Shown here in pieces: positions 49,401 to 61,800 of a stretch of DNA of 64,000 nt. This DNA is from Klebsormidium nitens (lineage: Eukaryota; Plantae; Klebsormidiophyceae), in NCBI GenBank assembly GCA_000708835.1, contig DF237446.1, positions 1-64,000 of the forward strand, given 5' to 3'. A model generated the notes under the pieces. That model searched no databases and had not been told where the DNA came from. It saw only the letters and a program-made list of their open reading frames with translations. A program made the position numbers and the translations under genes. Each line of letters starts with the position of its first letter. Position 1 is the first letter of the stretch.

Positions 49401-51825
49401 TCCGGCAGTCCATGGACATCCGTTCCCCAATTCACGCGCGCTCCGCAGCTTGTGGCTGGCTTCTCACAAATTCCATACCCGAGATTGTTAGATGTTCAAG
49501 AGTAATTCGTCCGTCTATTGAGAAGCGATTTACGAAGTTGTCCCGCACCATCTTGTCGAGGCACCAGGGGATATGCAAGGGAAAGGCACAAGCATGATAT
49601 AGAAGACCCCTCAAAAAAGAAGAGAGGTATGAACAAGAGCAACAATCTCCACCGAAAGGCGGGGGGGAAGTATGAGCCCCTGCGTGCTTGAGATTGAGGG
49701 GGGCAATGTAGGGCGATGTGTAGCTCTCAGCCGGTGCTCTTGACAGAGGACTGTTCCATCGCCCATCGCGGATCTAGGAGATTGAACGGCATGCTCGGCT
49801 TCTGTACACTTTCTGAAAGCGGGCCTACCTCCACTCCGGCAACTAAGATTAGGAACCAGAAAGCGAAGCCTCCTGAACGGAGTGTGAGGAAAGGGGGGGG
49901 GGGACAATAAGAAGATGACTGAACGGCATGCTCGGCTTCTGTACACTTTCTGAAAGCGGGCCTACCTCCACTCCGGGAACTAAGATCAGGAATCAGAAAG
50001 CGAAGCCTCCTGAACGGAGTGTGAGAAAGGGGGGGGAAGGGGACAATAAGAAAACAAGTGGACGAAATTCTAGTCCTTCACCAAGCGAGAGAGCCGCTTT
50101 CTCGATTGGAAAAGGGGACCGTTTTTCGAGGTCCGATCCCGCGTCAGACCTAACCCAAGCGGAACAGAATCGATCTGAACAAAGCGGAACAAACGATTCG
50201 GGGCTGACCTTGCTTTCCTTGTACCGTGACAGGTCAGCAATACAATACCTGCAGGCAATGAAGGGGCGTTTTGACGGGTTTGCCGCAAGGGCAGTATCTC
50301 ATGCAAACAGACTCTAGCAATCTTAGCCACCGTTTCGAAAGGTCGAGGACTCTAACGTCTGGATAAGTGTGGGGATCTACAAGGATTCTTGATCGGCATG
50401 CAGAGGCTGCATCATTTGGGAATCAACAGGTCTTGACTGGGGGGCCTCTCAAGGGCTTCCAAAAGTAACAGCCAATAACGGGGTCAAGTAAAATTGACGT
50501 TCCAAGAAGGTTCAAGCCTGGTCGATTCCGTCCCGATACGGGGAAATGACAAGAGGTGGGCATTTTTCAAACTCACTCTTTGAAGAGTTTGTCGTAATAG
50601 CGTTTCGCAAGCCGCGCTTCCCAGGACGTGTCTGCGTCGTCCTCGTCGGACCTCAGGAACCTGCACATAGCTCAGCATAGCTCATTGGCGCTCGACGCGC
50701 AGTTTGCGCATTCCACAAGTATGCTCCCGGAAGATTTGTCAGATCTTTTGTGCGTAGGAATATCAGCCGACAGATTCCAACGGGCAGCATACAAACTTGT
50801 TGTTCGACCACTCCTTTGATCGCACCATAAATGGTCATGTCGTTGGTACAAGCCTGGCACACTATCTGCACGACAATCAACAAATCATCCTCATCAAACG
50901 TACAATGTGTACGTTACTGCCCCAATAAAAAGCCTTGCAGCTTTCGAGTCTCGTGCGCAACATTCCAGGAAGAATTCACCTCTGATGAGATGAGGGGCAC
51001 ACAATTCTAAGTGTTCCTCTCATGCTGCATATTCATGGACTAAAAGGGCATACAAAACTCAGAGAACTCACCGATAGCTTTCCCGCAGGATGTCGCTGTC
51101 TGTTTTGACAGGGGCTTTGGGCGGTTCGTACTTGCCATCCCCGTAAAACTTGACTGCGGAACCAAGTAAATGGTGGGGTGAGGACTCTATTGAATCTCAA
51201 AAGCTTCAGCATACCACCCTGAAGGATACTCTAATGATCCACATTAGAATATCATGACTTCCCCGGTGTTGCTAACGAATAACCGTGAGCAGGGCCAACA
51301 TGGTGGTGTGAACTAGGATCAATTGCTGAGAACTGCTTTTGCCAAGAAGTTTCTTCCCGGCTGAGAAGGGGACTTGTGCAAGTGATGTGCTCTTCCCCAA
51401 GTGGAGTCCAGCATTGTGTTTGGTGTACAGATGCCCTGAGGGAAAGTGGCTCACCGTAGTCCTCGACAAACCGCTTGTGTCTGTCGTACGCGTTCAAGCC
51501 CTTGACATAGTCCTGATAGTGTCTGTGTTTGGTGCAGTCAAGGGTTCATCATTGGATGTCAATTCCATGCTTCTGGGTCGCCCACAATCTCCATTCACAT
51601 AAGCAGCATTGCGTTCAGGATCCTCCTACTGAACACAATTTGAACGTGTTTAAACCCAGCGCACTGCACACATTTGCAATTCTAAAGCCTCCAGCATTGG
51701 GCTATTTCGACACAAGTAACCAACAAAGAAAAATTGATTAAACTCTGGATATGGGATGGTGAAGGATACTGCCTCCGTTGCTCCCTGGAAAGCACGTCAT
51801 TCTTAAGAGCTGAAAAAGTCGTCAT
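46486..51825 (-). CDS. FRA10AC1: FRA10AC1-like spliceosomal protein, multi-exon
   Basis: Exon translations: MTTFSALKNDVLSREQR, GLNAYDRHKRFVEDY, RFLRSDEDDADTSWEARLAKRYYDKLFK, YCIADLSRYKESK, VGLRWRTEKEVVAGK, GQFICGNK, VNFAYKEAGEEKNALVKLRLCPK, and the terminal EEEYDEYFRDMFL*. Confidence 0.92.
47870..48085 (+). repeat. Degenerate (G)AACGGAA-rich short-motif array in a FRA10AC1 intron
   Basis: Repeated gaacggaa/aaacgga/acggaa units. Confidence 0.55.
49783..50052 (+). repeat. 137-bp near-perfect direct tandem duplication in a FRA10AC1 intron
   Basis: 'tgaacggcatgctcggcttctgtacactttctgaaagcgggcctacctccactccgg...' starts at both 49783 and 49920. Confidence 0.95.
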
Positions 51826-52647
51826 TGTAGCTCCAGGCTCCAGCTCACAGCAGCTTGAACAGACTGCTTGCTTCTCAGACGGAAGGATACGATAAAAAAG
51901 CTCCGTTCCAGCACCTCTTGGGGCGCACCTGGGCGGCTCTTCCCCTGTGGCTTCTAGCTCTGCTCATCAGCACGCCATGGCCGGCTGAACCCAGCTGAGC
52001 TGTATGAGGTTCAAGCTGACGGCCGCGCTGCATATTTTGCGGCCGCGATGGTTCGTCGGCCCTTGCGCGGCGGCTGGGCTTTAGACTCGAGCGCGCGCAG
52101 CAGGCGCAGTTGTGCTCGCGCAACCTCCAGAGTTAGGTCACGTGCAGGTCTCTATCCTTCTGATCGCCGTCCGATGAGTCGATCGACGGCTTTCATATCA
52201 CCACGGAGCGACTAGTCGTTACAAGCAGTATGAATCTGCATGAGAGCGTCACGGTTCTCAGAACCGTTCTGTGTAGACTGCTCAGATTGATGAAGAAGGG
52301 AAGGCGGCACAAAGTCCTGCAGATTCAACCCTAATAAGTCTTAGATTCACAGAACAGCATTACGAGAAGGTTGATAAGCGCACTGGCTTGAGAAGGATAT
52401 CTGAACACCCGCGATACGCGCCGTGACCGAAGACTACTGCTGACAGACTAACCCTTCCCTCCCCCGCTCCCCCTGCTGCTGCTGCTCCCTCTTTCTGCTT
52501 GCTCTGCTTGTATGTATCTGTATGCTTTGTCTCTCACTAACGCTCCCTTGTGTCTCATGCTTTGACCCCTAACGACATTCCTGTTTCCTCTGCTCCCGTT
52601 GGCCACGTGTTTCGTAAGAGAGTCCAGGGTGGATAGCTTACCGGAAA
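51826..52647. promoter_or_regulatory. Divergent FRA10AC1/CDC20 promoter region
   Basis: About 820 bp between opposing start codons. CCGTT (reverse of the MSA core AACGG) at 52596-52600 lies beside a G-box CACGTG at 52604-52609, ~50 bp before the CDC20 ATG. The motifs are short and could be chance. Confidence 0.4.
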
Positions 52648-55600
52648 ATGATGTATAAGACGCCGGTGAAGACCCCATTGGGCAAGGCCTGCCGAGAGAG
52701 GAGGGCGGCTATGGAGGAGGAGATGATGTCACCGCCGCTCATGATGCACAAGTCCGGCAGGAGGACCCCCATGAAGACGCCCAAGGCCAAGACGCCGCAG
52801 GTGCATTGCTGGGGCTTTGGCCAACCCTACAGTTCCAAGCAATTGCTGGTTCTGAAACAGAAGTTCTCTCACTGGCTATCACGCTTACAGAAATGCAAAG
52901 AGTTTGGCAAGTGAAACAGAATGAGAGTCAAGAAAGGTGTTTGTGGCTGGTCCGCTGCGGCAGTTCCACTTTCTAGGGCTGTATCCTTCACCAGGGTGCA
53001 GAAGCGATACGAGTCTGCATTATGATGATTCATTTCCAACTGTGCCCTCAGGGGCAGGGCCTACTTGGGTTTTTTTGACATGATTGGAAGGAGAGGCAGT
53101 TCAAATTTACAAGCAATGTTTTGTTCAGGTCCTCCTTCAATGAAAGTTCTTTTCAAATAAAGAAGTGATTGAAATGCATAATGTGCTCGAGTTTCCGGGA
53201 GTTTCTCACAAATACAGAATCATCCCACTGGCCCATCACAATCAGGTAACCCTTCATACACCCTGCTTTATACAAGCAAAAGAAGCAGACGGCAAGAAGA
53301 TGCAACGTGCTCAATGCATCTACAAGCCTGAGCAATTGTAGTCCTACTGAAACCACCCCCCTCACATCCCAGGGCGACCGCTTCATCCCCAGCCGCCGCG
53401 AACTGGATCTCGACGTCGCGCACTTCAACCTGATGCGTGATTCTGCCAAGGAGAATGCATTCAACAGCCACCTCGACATCGTCTCCCCTACCAAGGAGGA
53501 GTACAAGAAGCAACTGGCGGGATCGCTTCTTCAAGTGGACCAGAACAAAGAGCACTGCAAGATCCTGGCGTTCAAGAACAAGGCGCCGGCGCCCCCGGAA
53601 GGGTTTGAGAACCCGATGCGCGTGCTCTACTCCCAGAATGCGGCAGGGGCGCGGCCGGCCAAGAAGGCCTTCCGGCACATCCCCTCGGTGAGGAGAAAGC
53701 GACAATTTGATGTCGGCTGTGTTTGTTTTGAGAGAGAGTGGGGCACATCTATTTTACAGAGTTCAAATGGGCCACTAAGCTCAGATCTTGTGAGTATGAG
53801 CACCTGGCTCAAAGAATTGGCCGGTAGTCAAAAGCAAGACCTGCGGCCTTAATCTGGGATAGGCATCTCTCCTTTCATCATCCCATCCTGGTTCTGCGCA
53901 GACGAATAGTTTTTCTGCCTGAGTTTTCCTTGACAAATTTTAGGAGTTTCCTCCTTCTAGCAGGTTCTCTAACAAGCTTCACCAAACCACTAAAGCATCC
54001 TATTTTGGTCACCATTTGACAGATCAGCTTGAAACTTAGATCCTCATCCTAAGCTCCGGGTCACATCATCGTGGGGTCAGAATCCCCCTTTGCTGTTTTC
54101 CCATGTGGAATCCTAAACCTTGATGATTTCCTTGTGATCCCCAGTTTTTAGGGGCCCCAGCGTTCTTAAGCTCCCTGACACCAGGCATCCTCTGAACTTC
54201 AGAGCACCAAATCTCATCAATGAACTCGTTCAAATCACATTTTTTCATCCCAAACCTCCCTTCTCCAGGCCCCAATCCACATCCTGGACCCTCGAAACAG
54301 TCCCAGGCACATTGGCCAAACCCGAAACCTAGCCCCAAAAGTAGACCTGTATTTGGACCCAAACTATAAGCTCAAAAGCAACCCTCAATCTGAAATTCCC
54401 TCATGCCCCCTACCGCACCTTCAACACCCCTGAGCTTCTGAACACAGTCCCATGCCCAGTCTCCCAAGCCCGAAAGCTAACCCCAAACCCAAACCTGCAG
54501 TCGAACTCGAAACACAGGCTTCAAACTAACCCTCAATTTGAAACCCCCCTCAGGCCCCCGACCGCATCCTGGACGCCCCCGAGCTCCTCGACGACTACTA
54601 CCTGAACCTGCTGGACTGGTCTGCACGTAACACCGTTGCGGTTGCCCTCGGGAGCACCGTGTACTTATGGGACGCTGGCAGCGGCTCCATCCAGCAGCTT
54701 ATGGACGTCGGGGGAGAGGATACGGACGATCAGAGTGACTATATCACAAGCGTGGCGTGGGCGGGGGATGGGAAGCATCTCGCGGTGGGGCTCGGGAGCA
54801 GCGAGGTGCAGCTGTGGGACTGCGAGGCGATCCGGCAGGTGAGAGTCCGTGGCGGGCGTGCTGAAAGTGTGGGTGACACCCTGAAGACACTTGGTCTGTC
54901 AGGAACTTTCGTCTGCATTAATTTCGTCTTCTCTCATACAGGGCAGGTCTCCCTCGGTTGTTTTGAATCCGAGGTCGAGGCACGTTTGCTTTTATCGTGC
55001 CTCTTTTCCATTGAGGGCAGGCCTCCTTATGTTCCTCCTTCAGAGTTGTCCCTCTAAAGCGGCATCAATTGAGGACGTGCAGAGGTGGAATCTGCTGTTC
55101 TTTGATTCCAACCTTCAAAAGTGTTTGAGCGCTCGGTCAGCCTGAACTAGCCCGTCCAACCTAAAACAAAGTCGGCAGTCGACTTGCTGACGTCATCAAG
55201 CAATCAACGTGTTCAAAGTTGAGCCAATTCCTCATAGTACCATTTCTTCTTTTAACCCAGGTCCGCTCCCTGCGCGGCCACTCTGCGCGCGTGGGCGCCC
55301 TCTCGTGGTCCGGCCCCACTCTCAGCTCGGGCGGCCGCGACAGCCTCATCCTCAACCATGACGTCAGGCTGCGCGAGCACGTCACGGCATGCATGACCGG
55401 GGCGCACGAGCAGGTATGCATCGATCCGCTCTGAAAGTGTCATTGTTCCTTGCCAAGCGACTGTTGGCTCACCTTTATTCTTCTGAATAGTCACCAGAAG
55501 TTCAAGAGCTTTCGACTGAGACCACGTTGTGAACGTGCTTCGATGGGCTTGCTTGGATCCTCACCTTTGAAGACTACTCTTTCGTACTAATTCTTCATAG

Positions 55601-57222
55601 CGACGAGTTCCTTGTCTCCCAAAACGCCCAGCAGGAGATTACTGAGTTGCATGTTCGCCCTCCCATTTGTACGGATCCCCTATCTCTGATTCGAGGACTT
55701 GCCTATCAACTTGCCCGTCCTATCGCGTAAACAAACCTTCATCGCCTTTCAGGAGATCTGCGGCCTCAAGTGGTCCCCCTCGGGCGCCCAACTCGCGAGC
55801 GGCGGCAACGACAACTTGCTGCACGTGTGGGACGCGGCGCAGTCCGCGGCGCCGCTGCACCGGATGAATCAGCACCAGGCCGCCGTCAAGGCCCTCGCGT
55901 GGTGCCCCTTCCAGGCCAACCTGCTCGCATCGGGGGGGGGGACAGCGGACCGGTGCATTAAGTTCTGGAACACAAACACAGGGGCCTGCCTCAACAGCAT
56001 CGACACGCACAGCCAGGTGGGAAAGGTTTGCGAGTTCTCGTGATTAGGTCGCTCGATCTGTAGATTTACTGGTGACTATCACCCAAGAACAGCGATCTTA
56101 AGAAGATGACCAGACCTTGATTCGAAGGCTTTCGGCTGAGGCAGAAGAGCTCCGGAATAACGGGTCTGCCCTGAGGGTGATTTTTATGAAGAGCTCGATG
56201 CTCGATACACAGATTACAACCAAGTCAACCAACACCGAACCAAACATCTGACCTCAGAATCAGCCGACTTCTAACTTCAGCACGGCTTCAGAAAGGTCGT
56301 CTCATTCCGCTTCCCCTCCCCCAGATTTGCGCGCTGCAGAGCTTCTCTACCGACATATTCCCCCCCCCTTATTTTTGAAGGACCTGGAAGCTGCGTATGA
56401 CTTAATCTCTTAGCAAATATGGAGGTCTCCCTCCATGTCAGCCGACTTGCTTTCAAGGAAAAGGCTTCAGATAGACCGACTCTGACTTTTGCGTCTCTCC
56501 CTTCTCCCCCCCCTCCAGGTGTGCGCGCTGCAGTGGTCCCCCACTGAGCGCGAGCTGCTGTCGAGCCACGGGTTCAGCCAGAACCAGCTGTGCCTCTGGA
56601 AATACCCCTCCATGGCCAAGGTCGCAGAGCTCACCGGCCACACTGCGCGCGTCCTCCACCTCGCGCTCTCGCCCGACGGCACCACCGTCGCCTCCGCAGG
56701 TGCGTCAGCGCGGCTATTATATTTTCTAAGCTTCCTTTCTTGAATTCTATCTGAAACGGTGTCTACAAGCTATCATTTTGGAGTTGGTTAGCCCGCAGCC
56801 TAACGATTCATCTTGCACGGATTTCGAGAGATGTTCATTTACGAACGACTCCCCGCCTTACTCCGTTTTTTGCCTGCCTGACTCTTTTGTCGCTCTGTGA
56901 AAGTCGAGTCCATGTGATACACCCTCCACTATAACTTCGTCAGGCGTCCGCATTTCTCTGCTTACACGTCCGAGAAAGTCCACTGCTTTTCTTTGCCAGG
57001 TCTTATGGGTTGCGTTGCTCTTCGACGCCTTCAGAGCTTGCTCCGCTCTCGCAGCCCTGTTCCGTTCTCAACGCTCCGTTCCGTTTCCGCCCTGCAGCCG
57101 CGGACGAGACCCTCCGCTTCTGGAAGGTCTTCGCGTCCAGCGAGGCGACCAATCCCAAGGCCAAAGCCGCAGCCAAGGCCCAGGACTCCCGTTCCGGCCT
57201 GCGCAGCATCAATATCCGGTGA
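52648..57222 (+). CDS. CDC20: Cell division cycle protein 20 (APC/C WD40 activator), 491 aa, 7 exons
   Basis: Exons 52648-52800, 53373-53687, 54554-54838, 55261-55413, 55753-56016, 56519-56699 and 57098-57222 (1476 nt). C-box [36 protein letters not shown]40 repeats and the C-terminal IR tail. Confidence 0.97.
54240..54600 (+). repeat. Decayed tandem copies of the CDC20 intron-2 acceptor plus exon-3 start
   Basis: Copies start at 54269 (ctccag|gccccaatccacatcctggaccc) and 54405 (ccctcat|gccccctaccgcaccttcaacacccctgagctt); the live copy is at 54554 (cctcag|gcccccgaccgcatcctggacgcccccgagctc). Confidence 0.85.
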
Positions 57223-57998
57223 CCGCCGGAACGGCGGAACCACCCCGGAACCGTGTCTGTGGACACGTGGCTCCTCTGTATTGCTTTGTCTTGCTTGCTT
57301 TCTTGCTTTTTCTTTTCACCCCCCCAGCAGCAGCAGCATCCTGACCCCCCCGTCCGGTTTTCCAGCACGAGAGCCGACTTTCTAGCCGCCCTCGCGTCCC
57401 TAGTATTGGCTCGTTAGTCACCCCGATTGCCTGTGGGCTCGTTTTTGCTAGGGCGTCTTAACACCGCTGGATCGTCTCTCCTTCTGTCCGCTGTGTCCGC
57501 TCCTCTTGGGCGCTTTTACACCGCTAGATCCTTGCCTTTCTTCTCTCTGTCCTGCGTGTCCGCTCTCTCCCGGGCGTATTCACACCCGTAGGTCTTCTCC
57601 GCTGTGTTTCAGCTTACAGCTGTTCCGCTCCGCTAGATACATCGCTCCGCGGCGTGCTGCCCTCTTGCGCTTCTTTACACCCCCTACTACGACGTTGCTT
57701 CCAGTTGTTGGACTCTCTTTGCGGAGGGAGTTTCGACCCCTCGGTCGCTACCGGAATTTTGCTACGTCTTTATCCTGCGGCGGCCTCAATTTCTTTGACT
57801 AGTGAGACTTCTCTTCGAGGAGGGAGTCTGCCCCTCTCGGTCTCGCTACTTGATCTCTACAGTACTGATCTTTGTCTTACCGCAGTATTCTTACTTAGAG
57901 TACACGTCGACGACTGCTCTACCTTGTCTCCCGAGCCTCCTCCTCGGAGCGCCGCCCCTCATCTTGCCTATCCTGCTAAATGCTCACTGTTTTCTTGT

Positions 57999-58140
57999 CT
58001 CGCTTCTCTAGTTGGCTCCTCAACTTTGATCCTTGCGCAGGGTCTGCTGATCGCTTGCCCCGCCCTTCTCGCTCCTCTAGTTGGCTCCCTGCCTCTGATC
58101 CTCGTGGAGGGTCGACTGATCTCTTGCCCCGCCCCTCGCT
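57999..58140 (+). repeat. ~69-bp degenerate tandem duplication in pyrimidine-rich DNA downstream of CDC20
   Basis: 'ctcgct(t/c)ctctagttggctcc...ctgatc..ttgccccgccc' starts at 57999 and 58068. Confidence 0.75.
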
Positions 58141-58439
58141 CCGCTCTTCCGCTCGCTCATTCCGTCGGAATTTTGTTCCTTGCTATTGAACGATCTTGCC
58201 CCGCTGCCTAGGAACTGTCGCACATCGTCTCCCATCGTACTCTGATTGGTCTTCTCCTCCCTAACCCTCGCCTTGTCTCATCTCATCTCCTCCTACGCTA
58301 TCCGTCCTATTTCGCCCCTCTCAAAACGATCTTCCTAGTTGCTTCAATTCCAACGTCTCCCCCCTCTAGTTCTCTGCATCCTCCGGCTTTCCTTGAGCAC
58401 CCTCCGTCTTGACTGCCTCCTTTCTTTGTGGTCAACCTC

Positions 58440-58880
58440 GACTGACCGATCTTGCTGAAACCAAACCGAACTCGAACCGGACCTGAATTTAAGCTGGAAA
58501 ACTAATTGCGAACCCGATCTAACCGAGCGAGAACCTGAAACCGCTGCCACAACTCAAACGAAACCGAACCTAAGTCGAACTCAAACCGAAGGCGAACCCG
58601 TCTCACCGAAAAACGAATCGAACCTGAACAGTGATCCCGAACCGTTGGCCAACTTGGAACCGAACCTGACCCAAATCTGCAATTGAATCGGTGCCGCAAC
58701 TGGAACTGAAACTGAACCTGACTTGAATTGGACTCGAAGCCGAACCCCGCACCTTACTGGAAACTGAATAGTATCCGAACATTGACCCGAATCCTTAACT
58801 GGACTAGGTCGCACAAACCGCTCCCCTCCTTGTCTCTGCTTCCCCGAACCTGGTTGTTGCCCTTATTCGGAACCTGCCGT
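58440..58880 (+). repeat. Degenerate AACCG/GAACC short-motif array
   Basis: Dense run of aaaccg, gaaccg, gaacct and gaactc units over ~400 bp with strong A/C strand bias. Confidence 0.75.
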
Positions 58881-61800
58881 AACCTTTTCTGCCCTCGCCC
58901 TATCCTTGAATCCCTGAACCCGTGCTTTCTTTCATCGAGGATACAATAGCTGTAGGTCAGGAATTACTCCCATCTTCATCCACTTCAGTCCAAGACATAA
59001 GCATAAAGGTTAACATACCGAGAGAAACTTCTTAGGAACGTAGCCCCATAGATCGGCAACAGGTAGAATCTCTTCGAGCTTTCCATTCCTTTTGCCTACC
59101 CAAATATCCTACTGGTTTGAAGTTCGAACTCCTGCATAGCGACTGATTCTATCATCTTGACCTGCTGTAACGCTCCTATACGCTTCCAAGGCTCTCCTCC
59201 TAAATGCAACCCTAGCTCCGATCCTCCTGATCCCAGAGCTTTCCACTTCGCCAGCAATACACTCACCCATCTCGTTAGTCTGTCCTTAACGCATACATAC
59301 AGGTTAGCACCTCCCCTAGTAACACTCCTCTTAACTAAGTCCGTCCTGCCCTCCGTCACTATACAAGCAGCCAGGACCTCCCCTGAGCTGTGCGGGCAGG
59401 CTTAACCCGGTCCCTAACTATACTCCGAAACGCCTGTATTGCTCAATACAGTCAAACGGCGTTCCACAACGCCACCCAACTGAAGGAGTTTTCAATATTA
59501 AAGGAGTCAAGCTAAGAAACGCTGATAGTGTCATTGTCCCTCTTATTAGTTGCTGCAATGCCGACGCACCATCTCAAGTTTGATTGCTTGTACAGACCCA
59601 AATCCTGGCTAGCTGACAACGTCTCGATCGGATCTGACCTCTTCTCTTCTTGACAATAGGCTTCCAGAGTAACGCATAACCAGTGTACGTAACTTGAAGA
59701 GATTCGTGTAAGCTTGATGAGCCGACCCGTCCGCGCGGAAAAAAAACCTCGAGTCCTTAGGTTTTGCTTTTGTCACCTATTGGGTGAGATTTCCTGAGGA
59801 GGCAAGTATGGAGGAGCTCAAAAGGAAAGTCCAGCAGGTTGCCCTGGCGGGGTCAGTGGTCAGTTATGCGAACAGAATTTGGCGAGTCTGCGTTCGTTGA
59901 AGGTTTCGTCGAAGCTTGCCTCGCGGATTGCACCTTTTCAAAACGTTTCTCAAGCGCAGACTACCGTTGTAATCGTAACATTAGTTTAAGTCCAGGGCGA
60001 ACTTACCTTACAACGGGTGAACGTACTTTAAGGAAGATTTCCGCTTATAAGTATACCATTCGACTTTCCAACTGCAAGCTCTTGTCTTCCTTTGTTCCGA
60101 TATTATTTTCAGGCAACTTCAAGTTCTCAGCACTCGTTGTCAACCGTCATTTGAATCCTTCAGTACATGAGTCGAAACTGGCCAGCGTTAGCTGGACGTA
60201 AAGATGCTGCCCACAGGAGAGTCGTCAGCTTAATAGTTTAGATGTCGCTGCGCGTGTCTGCTCCAATTGGTATTCCAATCAGCAAAATCAACAGGCACCC
60301 ACAACTGTCAGGTTCCGTCACAGTATCTTTTTCCGCCGTTCCTTTGTCTTCGTCTGAGTCGCCTTTTTCCGCTTGCACAGCTAACCCGTAATCTTCTCAT
60401 TTGATTGTCAAAATCTCCACCCTTTCCTGCTTTTGTTCTCACAGTTCAGAATGACCAGATCAGTGATCGCCAGTCTCAATGGACCACGTACCACCTCAGG
60501 CATTTGATCCGAAAGCTTTCTGCCTTGTAATCTTGGGTACGAATTACAAGATCGGATCGTGGGCAACAAGAAAGAGCTGCCCAAAAGCGGGCTAATGAAG
60601 CGCATGTACCAAAAGGCGGAGGCTTCTGTGCACTTCTGAACGAGGAGTCGGCCAAGGCTGCACCTGTTGTGACGCGCCTGCATCCCCTTCTCTTAGAGCC
60701 CCCAGCCTCACCAGCGTTTCGATCTTAATTATGAAGAGGAAGGGTCACTGGGACGGGTGGGATTGGTTCGGGGTTTAGGTACGTGGGTCCCGGTGCAAAG
60801 CGTGTAAACCGTTGGTTTAGGATTTTCCTTACGTGCTGCTGTTACCCTGCATAGAGTTTACCCTTTATAGAATCGAGAAGTACCCACCGAACCCCCACAA
60901 CCTGAAGGCGCTCTCTCGCAGCGGCGGTCTGCCAGTTGCAGCCGCAGCAAACAAGCGGCCTGTCACAGTTAGCCACGTGTCCCCCACGTCAGAACCACTT
61001 ACCGCCCGCCCTGCTGTTGTCTCGGGCGGGCTTCGGGATGCACGCCGAGGGCGGTCTCAATCCGCAGCTCATGTTTTCGAGGACTCGCAGCTGCAGTACA
61101 GTACGAATGCCTTAGGCCGATAGAGTTCGGGAGGGATCCCTTTGGTTCGCCCGGCACTTAATGGGGGACGCCGAGAAGCCAGAGGGAGCGGGACTTCGTG
61201 ATTGCCAATAATTAGCGCCTGGTTACAGAGACGGAGGCTCAAGAGTGGGTATACCGTGACGTAGTAGAAGAGGGCGGAATTTCTAATAAGCTGACAGGTC
61301 GAGTCTCCGTTTGCTTTTTGAAAGTGGGCAGAGAAGCGCGAGAGGAATATGAGGGCCGTCGCCTTTGATAGTGTGAAGGTATAGACCTAGACTCATTCGT
61401 GGTAGGCACGTCCGACGGAGGTGGGCTCGCGCCTGCCCAACTCATGAAAGTAAGTGACGGACTGCAAGGATCCGGTCACGGGTCAGATACTGATTTGGAA
61501 GTGCCGCATTGACAAACTTGTGAACATATATGTATTGAATGGGCGTAAATGATTGATAGGACTTTGAACAGGCTTACTAAAGCTATGCACGATATTCGGA
61601 ATTCTTAGTTTCCGTCCTTAATGATATGGTTGTCAAAAATAGTGGACGTACGCTCATTTGAACTTTTGGTTTAGCGCAGTTAGAGGTAATTTGTAATTCG
61701 GATCACTATCACTGTAGGCAGCTAGAGAGCCTCGCGCTGCATGGGGCCCCAAGCTCTTGACGGTCACTATCCAAGTCTTCTATAAATTCCCGCGTCACAT

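Noticed and set aside
57400-58400. Leu/Ser/Pro-rich ORFs or an LTR downstream of CDC20
   Set aside because: ORFs are by-products of pyrimidine-rich composition; no second LTR, PBS or PPT identified.
59096-61445. Unannotated gene or LINE remnant
   Set aside because: Some exon-like segments exist (e.g. ~60300-60380 on the minus strand), but I could not build a phase-consistent model or recognise any domain.
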